Assembly (NCBI GenBank): GCA_036260545.1 | Contig: DATAML010000048.1 | Coordinates: 1 to 53,305 of the forward strand | Length of the DNA: 53,305 bases | From: Caproiciproducens sp. | GTDB taxonomy: Bacteria > Bacillota > Clostridia > Oscillospirales > Acutalibacteraceae | Reading direction: 5' to 3' | In this document: positions 34,617 to 44,187 of the stretch, in pieces | Position numbering within the stretch: the stretch's first letter is position 1 | How the letters are laid out: each line of letters opens with the position of its first letter | Made by a program: the position numbers and the translations under genes | Notes under the pieces: model-generated | The model's database searches: none | What the model was told of the DNA's origin: nothing | The model's input: the letters and a program-made list of their open reading frames with translations, nothing else

Positions 34617-35903
34617 ATGAAAGGTCGTATTCATTTGAAAGTGCGTTTGCGCAGAATCATTCTGCTGTTTTTATGTTTGATTTTAATTGCTGCCGTTTCC
34701 CTTCCGGCTCTGTTTATTCCGGAGCAAATTCCAAAGAATAGGTCGTCCGATATTATCCCAGCCAATACTGCTGAAAAACGGCCGACGCTTTCCGCTGCCC
34801 CTTCCTGCGATTTTTCCGGCGGGAATTTTGCGGCGCCGTCCGGAGGAAAAGCTCCGGCAAATTTCAAGAGACTGCAGTCCAAATATAATTTAGCTGAGAT
34901 TCCGACCTATGACGGTTCCTATCAGCTGACTCACCCAAAGGTGCTTTACTTTTCAAAAGGCTGGAACGGCTACAAATATTGGATGTCTATGACGCCGTAT
35001 CCCTATGAGCGGGATATGTATGAAAATCCGTCCATCGTTGTTTCCAACGACGGGAAAAAGTGGGGAGCTCCCGCCGGACTGAAAAATCCGGTTTCCGGCA
35101 TCCCGTCAGATGTGGCATACGGAGGGCATTATTCAGATCCGCAGCTTGTTCTGTGCGGCAATACCATGGAGCTGTGGTACCGGTACAATCCGGCGTTGGT
35201 TCATCCGGGCGAACAGCCGGAGGCCAAAGACAGCAGCGTTCGGACTGCTAAAAGCTGCAGTCCGTCTTCTCAAAGAGCTAAACCGCAGTCTGGTGGCAAC
35301 AATCAGGCGCCCTGTAAAAAATTCTGGCGGCGCGCAAACAACTCCGTCAATATCTATTATCGGAAAACCTCTACAGACGGGATTCGCTGGTCGGCCCCCG
35401 AAAAGCTTCTGCAGGGCCGCGACGGCTATCTGAGTATGTGCGTGAATTATGAAAACGGCATATATAAAATTTGGTACGCAACGTACGGCGGCGATTTGTT
35501 TACCTCTGCCAGCCGGAATGCCCGGGACTGGTCGGCGCCTGTTCGCTGCACGGTGCCCTTCGCAAAAGGGCTGGAGTGTTACCATCAGGATATGATTAAG
35601 TACAATTCGGAATATTATTTACTGCAGACAGCAGAAAAGGTTTCCAACTATACCTTTCAGCTGTATCTTTTCCGGTCGGAAGACGGCGTCCGTTTTACGC
35701 CGGTCAGCCAGATATTCCCAAGTAAGGACACGGCACTATGGAAGGACATTTCTTTTTACCGCAGCACTCTGTTTGTAAAGGATAATAAGCTTGAATTTTA
35801 TATTTCACTGATTATACCGAAGCTGAAATGGTATATTACGCACATGACCGCGTCTTTGCCAAAGATACCAGCTGGCAAGGCAGGAACCACCGCAAATTTA
35901 TAA
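34617..35903 (+). CDS. Membrane-anchored/exported hypothetical protein (possible beta-propeller glycoside-hydrolase-like fold)
   Basis: An N-terminal hydrophobic anchor (RRIILLFLCLILIAAVSLPALF) is present. Motifs HPKVLYFSKGWNGYKYWMSMTPYP and YENPSIVVSNDGKKW recall exopolysaccharide-locus propeller proteins. The function is not established. Confidence 0.5.
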   Translation: MKGRIHLKVRLRRIILLFLCLILIAAVSLPALFIPEQIPKNRSSDIIPANTAEKRPTLSAAPSCDFSGGNFAAPSGGKAPANFKRLQSKYNLAEIPTYDGSYQLTHPKVLYFSKGWNGYKYWMSMTPYPYERDMYENPSIVVSNDGKKWGAPAGLKNPVSGIPSDVAYGGHYSDPQLVLCGNTMELWYRYNPALVHPGEQPEAKDSSVRTAKSCSPSSQRAKPQSGGNNQAPCKKFWRRANNSVNIYYRKTSTDGIRWSAPEKLLQGRDGYLSMCVNYENGIYKIWYATYGGDLFTSASRNARDWSAPVRCTVPFAKGLECYHQDMIKYNSEYYLLQTAEKVSNYTFQLYLFRSEDGVRFTPVSQIFPSKDTALWKDISFYRSTLFVKDNKLEFYISLIIPKLKWYITHMTASLPKIPAGKAGTTANL

Positions 35904-35995
35904 ATTAACCCTGGGAACCAGTCAGGCTTCCGGGGTTGCTTACTGGAACAGGAAAATTCTGGGCGGCCGGCAGCGGAGTTGAACATATCGGCTAT

Positions 35996-36985
35996 TCAGA
36001 CGCCCTTATTTCGGAAGCGCTTTATCTGCCGGACATCCTTTCCCACGAACGGAACGCGCCGGTAGCTGCCGATGATGCGCGACGTGAAGCGTTCCGTATA
36101 ATATTCCAGTAATTCGCCGGTAGAGAGGTTTGTGCTGATGATTGTGGGCTTTTGGGACATCAGGCGCGTGTTTACGATGTTGTAAATCTCAGCGCAGGAG
36201 AACGCGTTTTTAAACTCCGTGCCCAGATCGTCAAGAATCAGCAGGTCGCAATCCAGAAGTGTCTGACCTGTGTTGCCTTCATCGCGGCCGAAGTGCTCGC
36301 GCTCCAGCTTTGTAATCAGGTTATTCACCGAACAGTAAACGACCCCGAACCCCTTTTGAATCGCGGTGTTCGCAATGGCGAGAGACATATGGGTTTTTCC
36401 AAGCCCCGTGCCGCCCGTCATAATCAGGTTGGGGGAGCTCAGGGAAAACTTATCGGCGTAGCTGACACAGAATTCCAGGGTGTCGCTCATGATCTGCCGC
36501 TGCGTTTTCTGCCCGCCGTTTTCGGCTGAATTCGGGTAATATTCAAGGGAAAACGTTTCGAAAGTGGAAAGGGAAAGCGGCGTCAGCACGTTGAGCCTGC
36601 GGTACGCTTCTGACTGCAGCAGCTTTTTCATGCAGCCGCACATTTTGCCGTCGATATATCCGGTGTCCCCGCACAGTCTGCACGAATAAGAGGGCTCAAG
36701 GGTATCCACCGCAAATCCCTCGGCTTTCAGCAGCTCGTTTAATTCAGCCTGTAATGTGAGGTTGTTCCTGCGCAGCTGCAGGAGATGTTCCTTTGCGTTT
36801 CCGCCGCCAAGAATCGTTCTGGCCGCCGCGATCGCGGTGGTTGAGAGAGCCTTTTCCAGCTTTTCCGCCTGCGGGCAGCGCTGATAAAAAGCGGCCCTGC
36901 GCTCGGCGGCTTCACTTTCGGCTTTTTTACGGCGTTCGGATAATATCTGATTGGCGGCGTCGTAGATTTCCCTGCTGTATCCCAT
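35996..36985 (-). CDS. dnaI: Helicase loader DnaI/DnaC-family AAA+ ATPase
   Basis: The N-terminal Zn module is CRLCGDTGYIDGKMCGC. Walker A is GGTGLGKTH and Walker B is LLILDDLG. Confidence 0.85.
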   Translation of the reverse strand: MGYSREIYDAANQILSERRKKAESEAAERRAAFYQRCPQAEKLEKALSTTAIAAARTILGGGNAKEHLLQLRRNNLTLQAELNELLKAEGFAVDTLEPSYSCRLCGDTGYIDGKMCGCMKKLLQSEAYRRLNVLTPLSLSTFETFSLEYYPNSAENGGQKTQRQIMSDTLEFCVSYADKFSLSSPNLIMTGGTGLGKTHMSLAIANTAIQKGFGVVYCSVNNLITKLEREHFGRDEGNTGQTLLDCDLLILDDLGTEFKNAFSCAEIYNIVNTRLMSQKPTIISTNLSTGELLEYYTERFTSRIIGSYRRVPFVGKDVRQIKRFRNKGV

Positions 36986-36990
36986 TCAAA

Positions 36991-38022
36991 TTACCCCTTA
37001 TCCAATGTATCATACATGCTGGTACGCTCGTATTCTTCAATATCGAACGTGACGTTTTTATTTTTCTGGTTTTTCTCCCCGCTTTTGCGCGACGCGGTGC
37101 GTTCTTCTTTTTCCTTCTGCGCCTGCTCCAGCGTGGAAACGCCTTCCTTATGCCAGCGTTCCAGAATACGGTTCATATAAGGCATCGTGAATTTTCCGGT
37201 CGAATCCACGCTCCGGTCATAGGCCTCGTGGATCATCGCAATGCTGAAGCCCCAGTCGTTTACCCATACGGCCGCCGCGGCTTCTTCCTTTGTGGAGGGG
37301 GCGCGGTGAGGCATTCCCACAGCCTGCTCCACCAGATGCCAGGCCTTGCTGTTTTCCGCCAGACGGCGCAGCTTTTCCTCCGCTTTTTCGTGGGTGAATA
37401 TTTCCTCATCCGCCCAGTTCATCGCCGCTTTTTCTATGTATCGGGTATTGGCCTTGCCGATGCTCACTACGTATTGTAAAAGCATGATGATCACATCGGC
37501 TGGCAGCCCGAAATCGTCGTGAATCATGAGCAGAGTGGCGGAGTCGCCGTTTGAAATCAGCCTGCCGAGAATTTGCTGCGCTTCCTGCATCAGGCAGGCA
37601 ATTTCCGTCGATTCGCTCATCCGTTTCGCCACGAAAGCGTTGTCGGCTTTCTGCGGGCGGGAAAGTACCTTGCGGGATTTTTCCGCCGGCGGGTTTTCTT
37701 CCGCTTTTTCCGGCTCCGGCGTCTTTTCGGGTATTGGAGGCTCCGTTTCGGCAATACTGCCCGGAACCATTTCCCCGCCGCGGATATTGAGAACGCCCTC
37801 CTGCTGCCAGTACAGCATGGCGTCGTAAACATCCGAAGCGGTAGCTTTACTGTCGATCTGCTGCGCGGCCTCGTCCGGCTCAAAAGGCTCGCCCGCGTGG
37901 CGGAGCGCCCAAAGGAGCACTTTAAGCGGAATTTTATCCGCCATTTTAAGCTTTGTATCAACAACGGAGCTGGGTACGGCAAACACCGAGTTCCAGGCTC
38001 CCAGGTTCATCGAATACTTCAT
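36991..38022 (-). CDS. DnaD-domain replication initiation protein (B. subtilis DnaB/DnaD-like)
   Basis: The DnaD-like C-terminal domain contains YIEKAAMNWADEEIFTHEKAEE and YMNRILERWHKEGVSTLEQAQ. It sits 5 nt upstream of dnaI, as in Firmicute dnaB-dnaI operons. ATG at 38022. Confidence 0.8.
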   Translation of the reverse strand: MKYSMNLGAWNSVFAVPSSVVDTKLKMADKIPLKVLLWALRHAGEPFEPDEAAQQIDSKATASDVYDAMLYWQQEGVLNIRGGEMVPGSIAETEPPIPEKTPEPEKAEENPPAEKSRKVLSRPQKADNAFVAKRMSESTEIACLMQEAQQILGRLISNGDSATLLMIHDDFGLPADVIIMLLQYVVSIGKANTRYIEKAAMNWADEEIFTHEKAEEKLRRLAENSKAWHLVEQAVGMPHRAPSTKEEAAAAVWVNDWGFSIAMIHEAYDRSVDSTGKFTMPYMNRILERWHKEGVSTLEQAQKEKEERTASRKSGEKNQKNKNVTFDIEEYERTSMYDTLDKG

Positions 38023-38126
38023 TTTGGTACGGTCACCTTTCCATGGCTTCATTCGCTTTTTATTATAGCATAAGCATTCTGAATAGTGAATTATTAAATC
38101 GCTGAAAAAATTTATTGTAAAAAGGG

Positions 38127-38156
38127 TTGACAAACAGGGGAAACGTATCGTATAAT
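38127..38156 (+). promoter_or_regulatory. Sigma-A type promoter for tRNA-Gly
   Basis: TTGACA (38127-38132), an 18-nt spacer, then TATAAT (38151-38156). It lies 19 nt before the tRNA 5' end. Confidence 0.6.
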
Positions 38157-38174
38157 AAACACCGTTCCAAAACT

Positions 38175-38250
38175 GCGAATGTAGCTCATCTGGTAGAGCG
38201 CCACCTTGCCAAGGTGGAGGTAGCGAGTTCGAGCCTCGTCGTTCGCTCCA
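38175..38250 (+). tRNA. tRNA-Gly (anticodon GCC), CCA encoded
   Basis: The manual cloverleaf has acceptor GCGAATG/CGTTCGC, D arm GCTC/GAGC, anticodon stem CCACC/GGTGG with loop TTGCCAA, T arm GCGAG/CTCGT with TTCGAGC, discriminator T and CCA. 76 nt. Confidence 0.95.
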
Positions 38251-38258
38251 TAACTTTT

Positions 38259-38287
38259 AAAGCGCCGGCAGCTTGTCGGCGCTTTTT
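38259..38287 (+). terminator. Rho-independent terminator after tRNA-Gly
   Basis: aaagcgccg-gcagcttgt-cggcgcttt forms the stem, followed by ttt. Confidence 0.8.
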
Positions 38288-38403
38288 CGTTTGCCCGCAT
38301 TTGGATTTTTAAAATTTGAATCATATAGTGCTGTCCATAGGCAGATAACAATCAGTGAGTTCGCAGGCGGTTACGAAATTGAATATTCCGATATCAAGCA
38401 AAA

Positions 38404-38997
38404 TTATGTTTGATGAAGAAATTGGAAGCTCCCTTTTGCCGACGCTAATCCGTTTTCCAGCAAAGCGGACAATGCAGATGCCTTACTTTTCAGTTGTTCC
38501 GGTGTCCATATAAATATGCCCGGGTCATACAAAAAGCAGTAGACCGACAAGATAATCTCTGCTGTTTCCTGTGGCTTATCGCAGTGAAATAATTTTTCTT
38601 CTACACCTTGCCGAATAATATCCGCTACGATCGGGGAAAGGGAAGACAGTATTTTTGCAAGGGATTTCTGATGAATGGCTGCATTCTGCTGTTGGTGCAG
38701 ATAAGTATCCATAGCAGGCGAAACGACTGAACTGCGGTAGCTTTGAAACAGCAGTGCAAATTTTTGGATAGCATCGGCCTGGCTTTCGTCAATTATCACT
38801 TTACACTTTTCAATGATTAGATTGTATTCACGTTCAACCAGCGCGTCAAAGATTTCTTCCTTGGACTTGAAGTAATAATAGATGCTTCCCTTACCAATAC
38901 CCGCAGTTTTAGCGATATCGCTTACCGAACAAGATACGCCCTTGTCATTCTCAAGCAGTTTTTGCATGGCATTTAATATGAGATTCCTTTTATCCAT
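38404..38997 (-). CDS. TetR/AcrR-family transcriptional regulator
   Basis: The HTH is SVSDIAKTAGIGKGSIYYYFKSKEEIF. The ATG at 38997 follows AAGGTGA, and the GTG at 39006 lies inside the RBS. Confidence 0.9.
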   Translation of the reverse strand: MDKRNLILNAMQKLLENDKGVSCSVSDIAKTAGIGKGSIYYYFKSKEEIFDALVEREYNLIIEKCKVIIDESQADAIQKFALLFQSYRSSVVSPAMDTYLHQQQNAAIHQKSLAKILSSLSPIVADIIRQGVEEKLFHCDKPQETAEIILSVYCFLYDPGIFIWTPEQLKSKASALSALLENGLASAKGSFQFLHQT

Positions 38998-39040
38998 CTT
39001 TTTCACCTTCTATGCAATAGTATATCGCAAAAAAAATTAC

Positions 39041-39093
39041 TTGACCAGCGGTCGGAAAAATATTATAATGAAATTATTCGACCAACGGTCGAA
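39041..39093 (+). promoter_or_regulatory. Promoter of the hydrolase gene with two TetR-type operators
   Basis: TTGACC (39041-39046), a 17-nt spacer, then TATAAT (39064-39069). Operator 1 is GACC-AGC-GGTC (39043-39053) and overlaps the -35. Operator 2 is TTCGACC-AAC-GGTCGAA (39077-39093), a perfect 7-3-7 palindrome just after the -10. Confidence 0.55.
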
Positions 39094-39114
39094 AACAAAA
39101 AAGGGTGAAGATGA

Positions 39115-40308
39115 ATGATAAATGCTGTAATTTTGTTGGTTATGTTTATTGTTACCGTGGTAAGTTTGATAATCTGTCTGCTTTCTATTTTGCAGCTGGT
39201 AATCCGCAGACGAAAAAAGGTTTCGCCGGATACAGCGGCCGCACGTCTGAAGAAAAGCGCCGTACTTTTTGCAGGATTGGTTGTATTAATGATTGGATTT
39301 ATCACGCTTAGCCAGTTTACAGCTTATACGCCGCAGATATTGGATCAGGACGGCAAAGCGCTGAAAGGCAGCATTGCGGAGCTTGAAAAGGTTGAGTTAA
39401 ACGGGAGGCAGGAATGGATCAGCATTCGGGGTAAAAATCGCAACAATCCTGTCCTCCTTTTTTTAGCGGGCGGACCTGGGGGAACGCAGTTGGCGGCAAC
39501 ACGCTACGAACTCTCCGGGCTTGAAGATCACTTTGTCGTCGTAAACTGGGATCAGCCGGGCAGCGGCAAGTCATATAACGCCGTTTCAAAGGATGAAATT
39601 ACCGCTGATACATATATCAAAGACGGCCTTGCTCTCACCGACCTTTTGCGCAAACGCTTCGGAACCGAGAAAATCTATCTTATGGGCGAATCGTGGGGCA
39701 GCGCGCTTGGAATTTTCCTTGCCGATGCAGCTCCCGAAAAATACCACGCGTTTATCGGCACAGGTCAGATGGTGAACTTTAAGGAAACCGAAATAACGGA
39801 TTATAAAAAGGGAATGGAACTTGCAAAGCAGAACCGTGATGAAAAGACTGTGCAGAAACTGCTTGCCAATGGCATGCCGCCTTATTACGGTGCGGATGTT
39901 ACATGGAAATCAGCCGTATATCTGAATTATCTGTCAGACTATATGGCAAAGGACCCCAAGATTACCAATGGCGGTTATCACACATTCAGAGATTTGTTTT
40001 CATCGGAATACGGCATTGTGGATTCCGTTAATTATCTCAGGGGCATTGTCGACACCTTCAATCAGGTATATCCGCAGCTTTATGACACTGATTTGCGGAA
40101 AAGCTTCACGAAGCTGGAAATTCCGGTTTATTTCTTTTTAGGAAAGTATGACATGAATGCTCCCGTTTTTCTGGCGCAGGAATACTGCGACTTATTACAG
40201 GCTCCTAAAAAAGCGATCGTTTGGTTTGAGCATTCCGGTCATAGTCCTTGGATGAACGAAAGAGACCTTTTTGTAAGCCAAACCGTCCGGGTGCTTCTGG
40301 GAAAATAA
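39115..40308 (+). CDS. Membrane-anchored alpha/beta hydrolase (proline-iminopeptidase-like)
   Basis: An N-terminal TM helix is present. The oxyanion region is LFLAGGPGG, the nucleophile elbow is GESWGS, and a C-terminal HSGHSPW follows. Confidence 0.8.
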   Translation: MINAVILLVMFIVTVVSLIICLLSILQLVIRRRKKVSPDTAAARLKKSAVLFAGLVVLMIGFITLSQFTAYTPQILDQDGKALKGSIAELEKVELNGRQEWISIRGKNRNNPVLLFLAGGPGGTQLAATRYELSGLEDHFVVVNWDQPGSGKSYNAVSKDEITADTYIKDGLALTDLLRKRFGTEKIYLMGESWGSALGIFLADAAPEKYHAFIGTGQMVNFKETEITDYKKGMELAKQNRDEKTVQKLLANGMPPYYGADVTWKSAVYLNYLSDYMAKDPKITNGGYHTFRDLFSSEYGIVDSVNYLRGIVDTFNQVYPQLYDTDLRKSFTKLEIPVYFFLGKYDMNAPVFLAQEYCDLLQAPKKAIVWFEHSGHSPWMNERDLFVSQTVRVLLGK

Positions 40309-40346
40309 CTACTCCCAATTTATGGGTTTGCGACATATTTTTCAGG

Positions 40347-40371
40347 GCGTCGGCAGCTGCCGACGCTTTTT
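40347..40371 (+). terminator. Rho-independent terminator after the hydrolase gene
   Basis: gcgtcggcag/ctgccgacgc forms a perfect 10-bp palindromic stem, followed by ttttt. Confidence 0.75.
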
Positions 40372-40493
40372 CGTCTTACCATACCAATTTTTGACGATGT
40401 GCATATTAATTTTAGATGAAAATAAGATTCACAAATTTGTCTGAATATGATATAATATTAAAGTTTTGTGAATATTAAAAAAGAGGTAATTCG

Positions 40494-42314
40494 ATGGATA
40501 CTAGAAATGATGTCAGAAATGTTGCAATAATCGCTCATGTTGACCACGGCAAGACAACTTTGGTCGATCAGCTTTTAAGGCAAAGCGGAATTTTCAGAGC
40601 CAATGAAGCGGTGGCGGAGCGCGTAATGGACTCCAACGATCTTGAGCGTGAACGCGGCATTACCATTCTTTCAAAGAATACCGCCGTAATGTATGACGGC
40701 GTTAAAATCAATATTGTAGATACTCCCGGCCATGCGGATTTTGGCGGCGAGGTGGAGCGCATCCTGATGATGGTTGACGGCGTTCTGCTGCTGGTCGATG
40801 CGTTCGAGGGCTGTATGCCGCAGACGCGTTTTGTGTTGAAAAAGGCTTTGGGCCTTGGCAAAAAGCCGATCGTTGTTGTGAATAAGATCGACCGCCCGGG
40901 CGCGAGACCAGCAGAAGTGGTTGACGAAGTCATCGATCTGTTTATTGAGCTGGGCGCAAATGAAGACCAGCTTGAATTCCCGGTGGTCTATGCTTCCGGG
41001 CGGGACGGCTACGCTACGCTGGACCCGGATGTACCGGGAACGGATATGAAGCCGCTGTTTGACGCAATCCTTGATAAGATCCCCGCGCCGAAGGGCGAAC
41101 TGAACGGCCCCACCCAGGTGCTGTTTTCCAACATCGACTACGATGATTACGTGGGCAGGATCGGGATCGGCCGCGTGGAGCGCGGCGGGATTCACGACGG
41201 CGACAACGTCGTTCTCTGCTGCCGCGACGGTTCTACAAAGAATGTCAAGGTTGCAAAGCTTTATCAGTTCGAAGGGCTCAAACGGGTAGAGGTTGAGAGC
41301 GCCGGCTTGGGCGATATTGTCGCGGTTTCCGGCATTACTGAGCTCAACATCGGAGAAACCGCCTGTTCGCCGGACTGCGTTGAACCACTGCCGTTTGTAA
41401 AAATAGACGAGCCTACCGTTTCCATGATGTTTATGGTCAACAACAGCCCGTTCGCGGGCAGGGAAGGGAAGTACGTGACTTCCCGCAATCTGCGCGACCG
41501 CCTGTTCAAGGAAGTGCAGACCAACGTGGCCATGCGTGTGGAAGAGACTGACTCCGCCGATACTTTCAAGGTGTCCGGCCGCGGTGAGCTGCACCTTTCC
41601 ATCCTGATCGAGCAGATGCGCCGTCAGGACTATGAATTCCAGGTGTCCGCGCCGCATGTTATTTATAAAACGATCGACGGCAAAAAGTGCGAGCCAATCG
41701 AGCTGCTGATGATCGAAGTGCCGGACAGCTACGTTGGCGCCGTCATGGAAAAGCTCGGTTCCCGCAAGGCGGAAATCCTGAATATGGGCACCCGCGATAC
41801 CGGCATGTCCCATCTTGAATTCAAAATTCCGGCCCGCTGCCTGATGGGCTACCGTCAGGAATTCCTGACGGATACCAACGGAAACGGTATTATGAATAAC
41901 GTGTTCGATTCCTACGAGCCGTACAAGGGAGACATCAACATGCGGCCGCAGGGCTCGCTTGTTGCGCATGAGACCGGAGATTCCTCGGGCTACGGCCTGT
42001 TTTACGCGCAGGATCGCGGACGTATGTTTATCGGGCCCGGCGTGGAAGTCTACGAAGGCATGATTGTCGGCGTCAGTCCGAAATCGGACGACATTGTAGT
42101 AAATGTCTGCAAAAAGAAGCACGTCACCAATACCCGTGCTTCCGGTTCTGATGACGCGCTTAAGCTTACGCCCCATACCATACTCAGCCTTGAACAGTGC
42201 CTTGAATTTATTAAGGATGACGAACTGGTTGAGGTTACGCCGCAGAATATCCGTATGAGGAAGAGGGTTTTAAGCAAGGAACTGCGCATGAAGCAGGCCA
42301 GCAAGAGCAAATAA
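40494..42314 (+). CDS. typA: Translational GTPase TypA/BipA
   Basis: [22 protein letters not shown]...[14 protein letters not shown]...NKIDR. 606 aa. Confidence 0.95.
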   Translation: MDTRNDVRNVAIIAHVDHGKTTLVDQLLRQSGIFRANEAVAERVMDSNDLERERGITILSKNTAVMYDGVKINIVDTPGHADFGGEVERILMMVDGVLLLVDAFEGCMPQTRFVLKKALGLGKKPIVVVNKIDRPGARPAEVVDEVIDLFIELGANEDQLEFPVVYASGRDGYATLDPDVPGTDMKPLFDAILDKIPAPKGELNGPTQVLFSNIDYDDYVGRIGIGRVERGGIHDGDNVVLCCRDGSTKNVKVAKLYQFEGLKRVEVESAGLGDIVAVSGITELNIGETACSPDCVEPLPFVKIDEPTVSMMFMVNNSPFAGREGKYVTSRNLRDRLFKEVQTNVAMRVEETDSADTFKVSGRGELHLSILIEQMRRQDYEFQVSAPHVIYKTIDGKKCEPIELLMIEVPDSYVGAVMEKLGSRKAEILNMGTRDTGMSHLEFKIPARCLMGYRQEFLTDTNGNGIMNNVFDSYEPYKGDINMRPQGSLVAHETGDSSGYGLFYAQDRGRMFIGPGVEVYEGMIVGVSPKSDDIVVNVCKKKHVTNTRASGSDDALKLTPHTILSLEQCLEFIKDDELVEVTPQNIRMRKRVLSKELRMKQASKSK

Positions 42315-42315
42315 T

Positions 42316-43200
42316 ATGGATTTTGTAATACTTGATTTAGAGTGGAACGGCACTTACAGCCGCCGTATCAAGGGATTTATCAACGAAATTATCGAATTCG
42401 GCGCGGTGAAGGTGGATGAGAATTTAAACATTACTGATACCTTTGAAGCGCTGATCCGGCCGCAGGTCGGCAAAAAAATAAGCGGTAAGATCAAAACGCT
42501 CACCAGTATCACAAACGAGGAGCTTGCGGGCGGCCTGCATTTTATGCAGGTGCTGAGCAGGTTTAAGAAATGGATGGGCGCCGCCGTTCTCATGACGTGG
42601 GGGACTTCGGATATCCTTACCCTGATCGAGAATTGCCGCTACTTCTGCGGCGACGGGCGCATCCCGTTCCTTGATCGTTATGTGAACCTGCAGGCGTACT
42701 GTGAAAAAATACTGGATTACGACTCCACAAAGCAGATGGGGCTGAGTACCTCGGCACAACTGCTGGAGATTGATGAGGACGACTTTGACCATCACCGGGC
42801 TTTGGGAGACAGCCTCCTCTCGCTGCGGTGTTTTCAAAAGCTCTACGACCCGGAAAGCCTGAAACCGTTTCTGCAGGATGCCACAACGGATGAATTTTAT
42901 AACCGGATACAGTTTAAGACGGTAATCATCTGTGACCTGAACCATCCCCTCATCCAGCGCAGCGATATGGCGTTTGACTGCGACCTCTGCGGGAGCAGGG
43001 CGCACCGCGCCGGCGAATGGCAGTTGAAAAACAAAAGCTACCGCGCGGCATTTATCTGTAACGAGTGCCGGCACAAATTTTACGGCCGTGTCCAGTTCAA
43101 ATTAAAATACGAAGGGCTGACCGTGAAAAAAGTAATCCTTCCTTTTATAGAGGAAAAGGATAAAAACGAGGCGGAATCACCTCAAGAGGAGAGCGAATGA
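42316..43200 (+). CDS. DEDDh 3'-5' exonuclease-domain protein with a C-terminal Cys4 module
   Basis: The exonuclease motifs are ILDLEWNG (Exo I), WGTSD (Exo II) and HRALGDS (Exo III, DEDDh). The C-terminus reads CDLCGSRAH...CNECRHKF. The ATG lies 1 nt after the typA stop. Confidence 0.8.
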   Translation: MDFVILDLEWNGTYSRRIKGFINEIIEFGAVKVDENLNITDTFEALIRPQVGKKISGKIKTLTSITNEELAGGLHFMQVLSRFKKWMGAAVLMTWGTSDILTLIENCRYFCGDGRIPFLDRYVNLQAYCEKILDYDSTKQMGLSTSAQLLEIDEDDFDHHRALGDSLLSLRCFQKLYDPESLKPFLQDATTDEFYNRIQFKTVIICDLNHPLIQRSDMAFDCDLCGSRAHRAGEWQLKNKSYRAAFICNECRHKFYGRVQFKLKYEGLTVKKVILPFIEEKDKNEAESPQEESE

Positions 43201-43214
43201 GCTCTCCTTTTTTT
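43187..43214 (+). terminator. Rho-independent terminator overlapping the exonuclease stop codon
   Basis: aggagagc-gaatga-gctctcct forms the stem, followed by tttttt. Confidence 0.7.
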
Positions 43215-43255
43215 ATCGCATGAGCAAAATCATCGGGTAGTTTTGCCGTAATCCG

Positions 43256-43284
43256 TTGAATTGCATATCCCCGTATGCTAAAAT
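43256..43284 (+). promoter_or_regulatory. Sigma-A type promoter for pgeF
   Basis: TTGAAT (43256-43261), a 17-nt spacer, then TAAAAT (43279-43284). Confidence 0.5.
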
Positions 43285-43344
43285 CTAAATTGACTTGCAG
43301 GGATATCGATGTATGGTTGAAATTACCTGTATTACGGAGGATTT

Positions 43345-44187
43345 ATGAATTACGACAGTAAAAATATGAATTTTCATATAAATTCGGAGGTAGCCTACCT
43401 GACGTTTCCGTCGCTCGAAGGATTTTCTTTTATCCGGCATGCCTTTTCCACGCGCATCGGGGGAGTTAGCAAAAACGAGTATGCTTCCATGAACCTGAAC
43501 TTCGGGCGCGGAGACAGTGATGAAAATGTAACGGAAAACCTCCGCCGTTTCTGCGGTGCCGCCGGGTTTTATTATCATACGTTGGTCGCGTCGTCGCAGG
43601 ATCACCATACTTTTATCCGGCGGGTCGGTTCCGAGAATTACGGAAACGGAATATGGAAACCGAAGGATATGCAGAGTGTGGACGGCCTCATTACAAATGA
43701 GCCGAATGTTACACTGGTCACCTATTACGCGGACTGTGTTCCGCTGTTTTTTATTGACCCGGAAAACCGCGCAATCGGTCTTGTCCACGCCGGGTGGCGC
43801 GGTACGGTCGCACAGATCGGCAGGGAGACGATAACGGCCATGCAGCGTGAATTTGGCAGCAGCCCGCACAGCCTGTTCGCCGCAGTTGGCCCGTCCATCG
43901 GCCCCTGCTGCTTTGAAGTCGATGCGCCGGTGTACGAGGAATTCAGAAGGCTGACGGAACTTAACCCGCGGGAATTCATCACGGATGACGGAAACGGGAA
44001 ATACCATATTGATTTGTGGGAAGCCAACCGCCGCATTTTGATGAACGCAGGAATCCCGCAGAATCAGATTTCCGTTGCGGGGCTTTGTACGCAGTGCAAT
44101 TCGGACTGGCTGTTTTCCCACCGGGCCAGCGGGGGAAAACGGGGCGGCCTTGCCGCCATGATGTGTATTACGGAGGCTAAAGAATGA
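43345..44187 (+). CDS. pgeF: Peptidoglycan editing factor PgeF (YfiH/DUF152 laccase-domain protein)
   Basis: HAFSTRIGGVS...DGLITNEPNVTLVTYYADCVPLFF...GLVHAGWRGT...CTQCN...FSHR. Confidence 0.9.
   Translation: MNYDSKNMNFHINSEVAYLTFPSLEGFSFIRHAFSTRIGGVSKNEYASMNLNFGRGDSDENVTENLRRFCGAAGFYYHTLVASSQDHHTFIRRVGSENYGNGIWKPKDMQSVDGLITNEPNVTLVTYYADCVPLFFIDPENRAIGLVHAGWRGTVAQIGRETITAMQREFGSSPHSLFAAVGPSIGPCCFEVDAPVYEEFRRLTELNPREFITDDGNGKYHIDLWEANRRILMNAGIPQNQISVAGLCTQCNSDWLFSHRASGGKRGGLAAMMCITEAKE

Noticed and set aside
35996-38022. The DnaD-like plus DnaI/DnaC-like pair next to a tRNA gene, considered as a possible prophage or ICE replication module.
   Set aside because: No integrase, recombinase, repressor, structural or lysis genes flank it. 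The two genes are 5 nt apart, in the arrangement of the chromosomal dnaB-dnaI operon of Firmicutes, and composition looks native.
38175-40371. A genomic island inserted at tRNA-Gly.
   Set aside because: No integrase is present. I found no direct repeat of the tRNA 3' end (tcgttcgctcca) between 38251 and 40493. Only two genes are involved. The point is kept as a low-interest note under findings rather than called as a mobile element.
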